Shown here one piece after another: positions 55,312 to 64,000 of a stretch of 64,000 nucleotides of DNA. The position numbers and the translations under genes are program-made. The DNA is taken from assembly GCA_946965045.2 (NCBI GenBank), contig OX337240.1, forward strand, positions 620,001 to 684,000. Direction: 5' to 3'. The notes beneath the pieces were generated by a model, which worked only from the letters and a program-made list of their open reading frames with translations, had not been told where the DNA came from and did no database searches. This DNA comes from Epithemia pelagica. Its lineage: Eukaryota; Protista; Bacillariophyta. How positions within the stretch are numbered: position 1 is the first letter of the stretch; each line of letters starts with the position of its first letter.

Positions 55312-55638
55312 CAACAAATGGGTCAAGAAGGAAGAGTAGAGGGGCAAACGCTAATCATGCAAACCTAGCATCCAGTTTCTAGTCAACCGTGAAGTCGCTT
55401 CAACAAAAAATGGGTCAAGAAGGAAGAGTAGAGGGGCAAACGCTAATCATGCAAACCTTACATCCAGTTTCTAGTCAACCGTGAAGTCGCTTCAACAAAT
55501 GGGTCAAGAAGAATCATGCAAACCTTACATCCAGTTTCTAGTCAACCGTGAAGTCGCTTCAACAAATGGGTCAAGAAGGAAGAGTAGAGGGGCAAACGCT
55601 AATCATGCAAACTCAGCATCCAGTTCCTAGTCAACCGT
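55312..55638 (+). repeat. ~89-bp tandem repeat, four units (third with an internal deletion, fourth partial)
   Basis: CAACAAATGGGTCAAGAAG...CTAGTCAACCGTG units start near 55312, 55401, 55493 and 55560. Confidence 0.9.
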
Positions 55639-55882
55639 GGAGCGCCAGTTTTGGCATTGTGCTGGCTTCTACCAAGAACATTGCTTGGTGTGGTGTTCCG
55701 AGTTCCACAGTTTCCTTTAGAAAGCTCAACTCTCAACTGGCAACTGGCAACAGCTCATCAATATTTGCGAACATACAACTCGAAAAAGAAATCTTCGCCC
55801 ACTATGCACCAGTACTCGCAGTCTTTGTGACGGCTGCAGACCATTTTGGTCTCGTTGTGGATTGCTCACAACAATAGCAAGC

Positions 55883-58288
55883 ATGATTTTTGAGAATCTT
55901 GACGAGGCCGTCGCAAATGAAGTCGATCAAAGCTCTCCGTTTGGGGAGGACAATGGGTCCATGTACACACCAGTTGGCGATGATTTCTCGTCCATCTCGT
56001 TTTTCTATGAACAGGATGAAGAAGAAGATGTACTTGACCTTCAAGTTGTTGATTCTATGGAGAAGAAACATGCTCCTACCTTTTCCAGCAATACAAATCT
56101 CCACAACGATGATAATCATCTCGGGGGGAACGACGGTGAACATGTTACGGTGATAACATGCACGAATATTTTTGAGAATCTTGACGAGGCCGTCGCAAAT
56201 GAAGTCGATCAAAGCTCTCCGTTTGGGGAGGACAATGGGTCCATGTACACACCAGTTGGCGATGATTTCTCGTCCATCTCGTTTTTCTATGAACAGGATG
56301 AAGAAGAAGATGTACTTGACCTTCAAGTTGTTGATTCTATGGAGAAAAAACATGCTCCTACCTTTTCCAGCAATACAAGACTCCACAACGATGATAATCA
56401 TCTCGGGGGGAACGACGGTGAACATGTTACGGTGATAACATGCACGAATATTTTTGAGAATCTTGACGAGGCCGTCGCAAATGAAGTCGATCAAAGCTCT
56501 CCGTTTGGGGAGGACAATGGGTCCATGTACACACCAGTTGGCGATGATTTCTCGTCCATCTCGTTTTTCTATGAACAGGATGAAGAAGAAGATGTACTTG
56601 ACCTTCAAGTTGTTGATTCTATGGAGAAAAAACATGCTCCTACCTTTTCCAGCAATACAAGACTCCACAACGATGATAATCATCTCGGGGGGAACGACGG
56701 TGAACATGTTACGGTGATAACATGCACGAATATTTTTGAGAATCTTGACGAGGCCGTCGCAAATGAAGTCGATCAAAGCTCTCCGTTTGGGGAGGACAAT
56801 GGGTCCATGTACACACCAGTTGGCGATGATTTCTCGTCCATCTCGTTTTTCTATGAACAGGATGAAGAAGAAGATGTACTTGACCTTCAAGTTGTTGATT
56901 CTATGGAGAAAAAACATGCTCCTACCTTTTCCAGCAATACAAGACTCCACAACGATGATAATCATCTCGGGGGGAACGACGGTGAACATGTTTCGGTGAT
57001 AACATGCACGAATGAAGGGAACGAGGGAGAATCTTTGTGCGGATTACGTTCCAAGCCCACTGTTCCGGAAAAGCGAACCCATGCTTCACGCAGGAGTTCA
57101 GATGCAAACAAAGAATCTGAGAATGATAAAGAGGATAATACCATAACCACAAAGCTGCGAAAGCCCAAACGTCCAGTTTCCGCTTACAATATCTTCTTCA
57201 AGTGGAAGCGCCGTGAGCTTGTGAGAAAAGACATTCACGGGAAACTAACCTTTTCTCAAATTGGCAAGCTGATCGGCGAGCAGTGGAAAACGATCAATGA
57301 AAGTGACCGAGCAAATTACGATCGCCAGGCAAAAAGTGATCAGCTAAGGTACCGAGAAGAAATATCCCTGTGGAAGAAGCAAAAACAAGAGCACAAGCGT
57401 CGATTCAAACGACGGGGAGGTTCTCGTTTCAAGAGGGAACGCAATCGCAAGTTCAAGGGGGGCTCGGAACAGGACTCCTCGGCTTCAAAACGCTTAGTTC
57501 ATTCCAAAGAAGATGCAAGATCCAGCTCAACTGATCATGTCACTCTCCAAACTAGACATAACAATGCAGTTGCAAGCAAGAAGTTTCATGGTAGCTGTGA
57601 AGGCGATCATGAACAAAGAGAATCATCTCCATGCTTGAACAAAAATGATGACCACAAGAGAGATTCGTCCTTGCGGCAAGATACTGATCATGGCCACCCA
57701 TCATTATCTTCTGCAATGGGTGCGCACCCGTTCCTTGTGGCTGCGTTTGTCCCACAAACAACGGAGAATTTATCGTATGGGCTTGCGGGCTATGCCGTGC
57801 CTCCACCGCCAGAGGCCGCCCCAGCAGCGTCCTTATACAGCCACTTCTACTCGGGCCACCCACAACCGCCCCCCAACCACACTGGAGGAGCACCTTACAA
57901 CTACCACTGCTACGGCCCACCAAACTCATGGCATGGTCATGACTACACCCATCCGTCAAGCTACTGGCATCACGCGCCCAACTCTACGGTGCCTGCTCCG
58001 ACTTCATACGCTATGGGGTCACCATCCAGTAGCTCGGAATCCTTCTTCCATGCAGCACCCAGTCCAAACAGCAATGACCACCTGTTAGCATCTCCTCCTG
58101 TTCCATGCTTGACATCCAAATCGACGACTCATCCCGTCCCACAAACAATGCCATTTGCTCCCTTTCTTCCTAGTGGTACCCCGAATGTGAGTGGCGGTGA
58201 CCGGCCAAGTGTTGATTCCAATACAAAACCTCAGTTCCAGCTTCAGTGCACCTTTCTTCGCATGAGAACAAAACGTGTGTCAAACTAG
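55883..58288 (+). CDS. HMG-box protein copy B (801 aa): four acidic 94-aa repeats, HMG box, Pro/His/Ser-rich tail
   Basis: Intact ORF; HMG box at ~57160-57380. Confidence 0.9.
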   Translation: MIFENLDEAVANEVDQSSPFGEDNGSMYTPVGDDFSSISFFYEQDEEEDVLDLQVVDSMEKKHAPTFSSNTNLHNDDNHLGGNDGEHVTVITCTNIFENLDEAVANEVDQSSPFGEDNGSMYTPVGDDFSSISFFYEQDEEEDVLDLQVVDSMEKKHAPTFSSNTRLHNDDNHLGGNDGEHVTVITCTNIFENLDEAVANEVDQSSPFGEDNGSMYTPVGDDFSSISFFYEQDEEEDVLDLQVVDSMEKKHAPTFSSNTRLHNDDNHLGGNDGEHVTVITCTNIFENLDEAVANEVDQSSPFGEDNGSMYTPVGDDFSSISFFYEQDEEEDVLDLQVVDSMEKKHAPTFSSNTRLHNDDNHLGGNDGEHVSVITCTNEGNEGESLCGLRSKPTVPEKRTHASRRSSDANKESENDKEDNTITTKLRKPKRPVSAYNIFFKWKRRELVRKDIHGKLTFSQIGKLIGEQWKTINESDRANYDRQAKSDQLRYREEISLWKKQKQEHKRRFKRRGGSRFKRERNRKFKGGSEQDSSASKRLVHSKEDARSSSTDHVTLQTRHNNAVASKKFHGSCEGDHEQRESSPCLNKNDDHKRDSSLRQDTDHGHPSLSSAMGAHPFLVAAFVPQTTENLSYGLAGYAVPPPPEAAPAASLYSHFYSGHPQPPPNHTGGAPYNYHCYGPPNSWHGHDYTHPSSYWHHAPNSTVPAPTSYAMGSPSSSSESFFHAAPSPNSNDHLLASPPVPCLTSKSTTHPVPQTMPFAPFLPSGTPNVSGGDRPSVDSNTKPQFQLQCTFLRMRTKRVSN
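55886..57013 (+). repeat. 282-bp coding tandem repeat x4
   Basis: Units start at 55886, 56168, 56450 and 56732. Confidence 0.95.
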
Positions 58289-58872
58289 GTAGAGGAAGGG
58301 TATCGGCAATCGGCAACGTGTATACTGACTTCATTGCTCAAGTCTCTCTTGCGTACAAGTAGCTTCCATTAGCTAAAAGATATTACCTCTAGTAGCCCAC
58401 TCGTTCTGTTTATGGTGTTTCTCAGTCTAGCTTTAGGCTATCAGTTATCAGCACGTTGAATCATGAGTCGATTCCGGAATTGTTGGCCACTCAACCGTGC
58501 ATGTGCATGTACATCAACCAAGATGTGTAGGATTTTGTAATGGTTGGAGGTTTTGTATGGTGTGTCCGCAGAGGTTCCGTTGTCAGTTTGAAAATCTGGA
58601 TTTTGTATGTGAGACCACATGATTCTTGGGGGAGGGCAATTGGGGGTTACACATGGTTGTTTCTCCATTCATTGGGACAGACTCCAGAAGACGATTCACA
58701 CAAGTCAAAATGAAATGTCTAATACATAGGATGATGAATCTATCTAGGTAGAAGTAAAAAGCCAAACGATGCAAAAGGGGAGGAGGTCATGGCAACCTCC
58801 TCAACCAAAAAAAAAGAACAAGAGTAGACAGCCAGTCGTTTTTTCATTGTGCGCTTTCCCCGTTTGGTACGT

Positions 58873-60081
58873 TTAGAATGGAAAACGCTTATTTTCCTCG
58901 TCTTGTTGGGTGGTACTCCCATCGACCACCACGGGATGCCACAGCACTCGTGGTGAGCGTTGAGGGAACCGACGACTTTTTTCCGACAGTGGTTTGGAGG
59001 AGGAAAGGGACGAATGATCGTGAGGAAGTGTAGGTACCTTGTTGTGGTTGTTGTTGGACGACAGGGTCGACGACGATGGAATCGCATAGTGGGATGAGGA
59101 TGATGGACCTTGCAGAGGTTCCTCAGCCTTGTTGTTGTTGTTGTTGCTGGGAACATGAATGTATTGAGGAAGAAACCGTTGTTGTCGACTACTGCTGTGG
59201 ACGGATTTCCGGTCAAATTCATTGGTGATTTCACTCATTTCATCCATGGGTGCCATCCATCCCCCCGAGGTGGAAGCAGCCGCAGCCGTGACGGCTGTCG
59301 TTGTGGCCAGCGGAATGAGGAGGGACCGTCCGGCCATGTCATGGGAAAAAGAGGTGGAAATGGCTGGAGGTGCCACCAAGGCCGACTCCTCGTGTCCAAC
59401 TGGTTCATCCTCTGTCGCAGCATGCCGGGAACGACGACGTGATCTTCGACTGGAACGACCGTCTCCCCCACGACGACGGCCACCCCCATGACCGCCGTCG
59501 TCCTTGTCATGCAACGTGGACGATGCCCATTCCGTCCAGGGGTCCAAGGAGGAACAGGTGGCATAACCAAGCGATGCAAGAGACAGGAGGGTTGGATCCA
59601 CAGCCGTTGTGGTGAGCGCTGCCGTGCTTTCGCAAGATGGTCCTTCAAAGCAGAGACCCGTCGTGTCATCTTGAATGTTGGACAGATTGTTGTTGTTGTT
59701 TTCTTTTTGTCGATTGGACACGTGATGGGAGGATTTCACAAACGCCAGCCTGTTTGGATTGCTCCAGATTTGACTAATCAAATCTTCGTTCCCCTCATCA
59801 TCGACCCCTGGTCCAGTTGATTTTCTTGGTTCTTTTTCCTGCTTGACAGTTCGAGAGGACTTGCTGTCCATCATGAGGGAGTTGTGCGTTGTTGCATGTG
59901 GCTCGTGGTCCGATTGAGAGGAAGACGACGCCTCATCGTCGTCATCGGCCAATGAGAGCGTATGGATTCGTGCCAGCGTCAAACCATCGCTGCTGGCCAC
60001 CATTTCAATAGACGTGTCCGCCTGCCTACGGTCTCGTTCTCCACCACCAGTTCTGGAAACGACAGCTAGTGGTGATTTCAT
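58873..60081 (-). CDS. Low-complexity hypothetical protein (~402 aa)
   Basis: Long Ser/Asn/Arg-rich ORF, first ATG at 60081; no recognisable domain. Confidence 0.6.
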   Translation of the reverse strand: MKSPLAVVSRTGGGERDRRQADTSIEMVASSDGLTLARIHTLSLADDDDEASSSSQSDHEPHATTHNSLMMDSKSSRTVKQEKEPRKSTGPGVDDEGNEDLISQIWSNPNRLAFVKSSHHVSNRQKENNNNNLSNIQDDTTGLCFEGPSCESTAALTTTAVDPTLLSLASLGYATCSSLDPWTEWASSTLHDKDDGGHGGGRRRGGDGRSSRRSRRRSRHAATEDEPVGHEESALVAPPAISTSFSHDMAGRSLLIPLATTTAVTAAAASTSGGWMAPMDEMSEITNEFDRKSVHSSSRQQRFLPQYIHVPSNNNNNKAEEPLQGPSSSSHYAIPSSSTLSSNNNHNKVPTLPHDHSSLSSSKPLSEKSRRFPQRSPRVLWHPVVVDGSTTQQDEENKRFPF

Positions 60082-60654
60082 GATGATTCCATGGGAGAGC
60101 GGCCACAAAACGCTACAAAATGGTGCTGCCTGTAGTTCTTGGCCAATGGGGATGCGGATCGGTCGTCAAATTTTTGTTTGGCACACGAGGTCACACCAAA
60201 CGAGAGAGGGCAACGTGCGAATTGTTTGTAGGAATTCTATTTCTGATTGTGGATTTAACCTCGTCTTGCATTCAATGGCCATGAATACTTAACGAGTGCA
60301 CAGTGGTGGGAAAGATGACGAGCAAAAGATGGGGACATGGGGACGTGTCACAAAATAGGAAAATGTGTAGCAAAAGCAGAAGAGGAGGATGGTGGAGCTT
60401 TGAAAAAAGTGGATAAAGGACATTGGCATTTTCGAGGGAGGATGACCCGGCTGGTGCTACCGCCAACGGAAAACAAGAAGGAGTACACGTGTTGGCACGC
60501 GGGAACAGCCAATGGATGCCGATGGGGTGCGCCAAAACCAGTCCGCTCCCTGCCAATTTGCATTACCATGGTGCCGACAAAAATAGCGCACGCCGGCTTT
60601 GTGTTCGCATGGTCTGGACTCGCGACACACAAACCACAACCACAACCGCACTAA

Positions 60655-61453
60655 GGCCCTGTGTCCAGGGAATGTGTTTTCGAGGTCTGAAATCGAGTTT
60701 CGAGTTTTGAGGTGGGGCTCTGTCCCTACCTTGAAACAACGATCTGGATGTACGTGTCCAGGTAAAAAAACTGTATTTTCGAGTTTCGAGTTTCGAGTTT
60801 TATTTTTCAATACTCGTGCACTCCCATGCTTCCCCCCTACCGGCGCATGAACGAGCACAACGGCAATTGACAATGACGACAAACAAATGTCGCTTGAGTA
60901 CTCCTAATTCCTAATATCACATTGCATAACGGGAGAAGGTAGAATATTTGTAGAGCCCGTCCATGGAGCAGGATGCGGGCTTTGTTCTTTGTTCCGTAAC
61001 CATGTCATCTATGGAGAGATGAGAACTATTTGCTTTTGACCATTGACAGTGGTTGTGACCATTACTTCCATGGCAGCGACAGGTTAATAATACTTGCTTA
61101 TTTTCTAGAGAAGCTCCTACTTATATCACATCAATCATTGTGCTACTATTGTACTATTGTCTATGATGGACAAGAGAGATTGCCTCGTTGTTGTTGTCGG
61201 AGAGATCGAAATGAGAGACAGAGAGCCCGGCGGCTGAAAGGTGGGTTTTGTAGGAGCGCGTGGGGCTCTTTGCAAACCTCGAAACTCGAAACTTGATTTC
61301 AGAATCTTGGCAAGGTCGTTGGGGGATTGCCAAGATTTGGGGGATTCGAGGTTGTGTTTTCGAGTTTTCAAGGGGACCATAACCTATTGGCTCAACCTCG
61401 AAACTCGAAACTCGATTTCAGAACTCAAAAACACATTCCCTGGACACAGGCCC
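60655..61453. mobile_element. 799-bp PIF/Harbinger (Tourist-like) MITE
   Basis: ~58-bp imperfect TIR GG(C/G)CCTGTGTCCAGGGAATGTGTTTT. 3-bp TSD TAA (60652-60654 / 61454-61456). TTTCGAG subterminal repeats. Confidence 0.92.
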
Positions 61454-63591
61454 TAAACAGCAACACGTGACCCTACCGAAGGCGACATCCAACAACTCAT
61501 ACACTCATGGGAATCACATCATTCATCATCCGCAAGGCTAAAGGCATCATGGCGAATCCTAGCGTAAGAGCTGCCTGATAGCAGGAAGAAAAGACTAAAG
61601 CTACTCCTTTGTTTACATGATCGATCCAGATATCCAATCAAGATGAAACATGCTTGAATGACGCCCCATGGCTGGTTGCTGCCGTGTCGGAGTGAACCCC
61701 AAGTTCTACGACGCATTTGCACCGTAGCTGGTGCTGAGTCGACGTGTGACGAAACAAAAAACTTTGGTCTGGAATATCGTAATCATGTTTCGATGAGGCT
61801 GGCTGAAACGACCACGAGCAAATTGCTTCCAGAAATGCAGAGTCCAATCGGAACCTGGATGGATGGTAATCCTTTCCTTGATTGGGGACGACTGACCGAC
61901 AGGAAAACACAATTCATGACTTGCAAGGTTGGAACCGTTGTTATCGTATCTGGCACGGACGGATGGTGCGGAAAACAGCTTTGGCAACACTTGACAGCTT
62001 TGGGCAGCGCAATCATTGTGCTTCCTCGTAACTACAGGCGTTATCAAGGGTTGAGATTCATTATTTCCATACTCTCTCCCATGGCCAGCAGTTGACGAAT
62101 GCAAAAAAATTGATCTCTAGTGCCTTACGACGCATTGAAACAAAACGGTGATCACATTGGAACTGACACACGGTTGTCCTGTAGCCTGTTTTGGATATTT
62201 TTAGCGGACGTGGCTCATTCCGTTCGAGGGATGTTGACGAGGGTTGCATACAAAGGGTTGCATACAAGTTGTTCTAGCGCAGTGAACGGAACCGTCTTCG
62301 GGGCGTTCCTCACTCACAAGGAGTAAATGTTGCGGACCGGGTCCACCAATTTGAAACAGGGATGAACAGACGATGAAGAGCTGGAAGCTTGGCAGTTTTC
62401 GGTATCCTGTCTTAAGGGAACTGGTTCAAGTTCCTTCGTGGAACATTTCGTCGAATCCTTCATTTCATGTTCTTTGCACGTTTGCTGGAGAGTAGGACCT
62501 ATCCATTGCGGTGTCTGCCATGGAAAGATCAATGGCATGGTTAATGGCCATGGCCATGGAGGCTGCCAAGTCATGTTCTCGCGCATAGGTTCGTGCCTAC
62601 CTGTCCCTGATCGAGTTTGTGTAATGAGGGATGAGGGCGTAATCAAATCACCCAAGTGTGAATCGATCTGGTTAGTACTAGAAACGTACGGTCGCATTTC
62701 TGTTCTGGCTTCAGATTTGAGATTTTCACATGTATACCTCAGGCCTCGTGGCCTCATTGTGGCCTTCTACCACCTCCCGCCCTCAACAATGCCACTCGAA
62801 TGCCTGATTGTTACATATATCATTTAGAGACCAAGTGTCACGAGACAGCCAAGGAGACGTTACCCACACTGTCAAAAACAAAATCATCACATTGGTGGTC
62901 CTACTCACTTTTGCTCGTGATTCGATGGTTGACATGCAGTGAGTGCGATCTGTTTTCTTCCGGGACAATGATGGTACACGGCAGATATCAAGTATAGCTA
63001 TTTTCATTTGACAAGCATCTACTCCTAGAGTTGTTACGTCCTCCCGTACAAGGAGGCCACGATAGTATAGTATGCCAATGGGACCTCCAGCCCTAGCATA
63101 GTTTCAGATCCATTCTTGATCAAGTCCTCGATAACTCTCTACAAGCGACCACATTCGTGTTGTACTTTCAAAGTCACATGGTCACCAATGACGACAACGC
63201 ACCAGCTGCTCGTTGGGAAATTGGTCATTAGGGTTATAGATAGTGGGCGGTCGTATGAGTCAACCATGGTCTCCAGCACGCAATGCCACGACGACGACGA
63301 CGGCGAATGGATTGTCGGCAAAGTACATGTAGTCGAATGAGCGAAGGAACGGCTACAGTACTGACGATGCGATCCTGGCTCTTGTTTTGCTCTTCGGGTA
63401 TTTTCTTTGTCTTGTTTTCGTTTTCGTCGCCCCTTTCTACATCACGATCAGAGCGCTTCTCGAAACAATTTGATTGCACGCGGATAGATGGATGGTTGGA
63501 TCGATTGATTGATTTCTTGTTTTTGTTGTTCTCCATCTCCTGGAAATCAAGTCCTATTGAATGGTATCGAAGGAGCCACTACTAGTTGCTA

Positions 63592-64000
63592 TCATGAAAA
63601 TCTATCACTCATCAAACCTGCAATATACTTGTCCTCTTTCACAACACAGTACTGGGGAGCGACGCCCGGGAAGTTTGCAATTGCAATCTTGAGTGGTTTT
63701 CTGTCCATGGCAAGAACCGGCATCATTTCTGGCTTACGGCAAGAATCGGTAGGCATGATAAAAAGTGTTACAATATCATGGAGGAGCGGAATTTCCTCTT
63801 CAAGCTCCATGAAAGCATCTTGCATATTCTTGTAATGATCCGACAGATATGTTCCGTGTACTTTGTGAGATGGCTTGTCTTTTGCGTCGTCGTTTCCAGA
63901 GACAGTCATCTGTAGGCCGACCAAAACTAACGAGTTATCGACGAGAGAGCTACCTGCTGTCGTGGTCCCCTCAAAGAAAACTGATGCATTTACAAGGATG
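63592..64000 (-). other. Open frame running off the window end; possible gene or pseudogene fragment
   Basis: Frame is open from 64000 to the TAG at 63592; a protein-like frame with stops continues beyond it. Not identified. Confidence 0.3.

Noticed and set aside
52174-57013. 282-bp and ~89-bp repeats as a CRISPR array
   Set aside because: Units are contiguous with no unique spacers, the 282-bp unit is protein-coding, there are no cas genes, and the context is eukaryotic.
55883-58288. HMG-box gene as a mating-type or sex-determining locus
   Set aside because: HMG genes do this in fungi and brown algae, but nothing in this sequence distinguishes it from a generic HMG factor.
61658-62326. Rossmann-like string VVIVSGTDGWCGKQL as an oxidoreductase gene
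   Set aside because: Short broken frames and no second supporting motif; at best pseudogene debris.
1-64000. tRNA, rRNA or other structured RNA genes
   Set aside because: None recognised by eye. The only tRNA-like string is the 14-nt PBS. A covariance-model search would be needed to exclude them.

Overview
Eukaryotic, transposon-dense 64-kb region, most likely from a pennate diatom (inferred from short GT-AG introns, a CoDi-like Copia element and a hybrid histidine kinase). Left to right it contains: (1) a decayed DIRS-type tyrosine-recombinase retrotransposon (1-~6342) whose pol is preceded by a degenerate C5-cytosine-methyltransferase-like ORF; (2) an 8.6-kb hAT transposon (6491-15069, 13-bp TIR, 8-bp TSD) carrying an endonuclease III/HhH-GPD glycosylase gene, an orphan ORF and a nested TIR element; (3) host genes: a three-exon hybrid histidine kinase that has captured the promoter and first 27 codons of a neighbouring gene, a frameshifted dienelactone hydrolase and a low-complexity protein; (4) two inverted copies of a ~9.8-kb TA-flanked TIR transposon (22954-32711 and 33155-51802), forming a ~29-kb palindrome, each with an IS630/Tc1/mariner-like transposase with a ~250-aa D-E spacer plus three cargo genes, one a SET-domain/2OG-Fe(II)-oxygenase fusion; (5) a young, apparently intact Copia element with an extra ORF and a half-tRNA-Asn-type primer site, inserted in the second transposase; (6) tandem HMG-box genes with 2 versus 4 copies of a 94-aa repeat; (7) several MITEs. 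The most interesting signal is that three unrelated transposon superfamilies here each carry a DNA- or chromatin-modifying enzyme as cargo. All domain calls come from visual motif recognition; no database searches were run.
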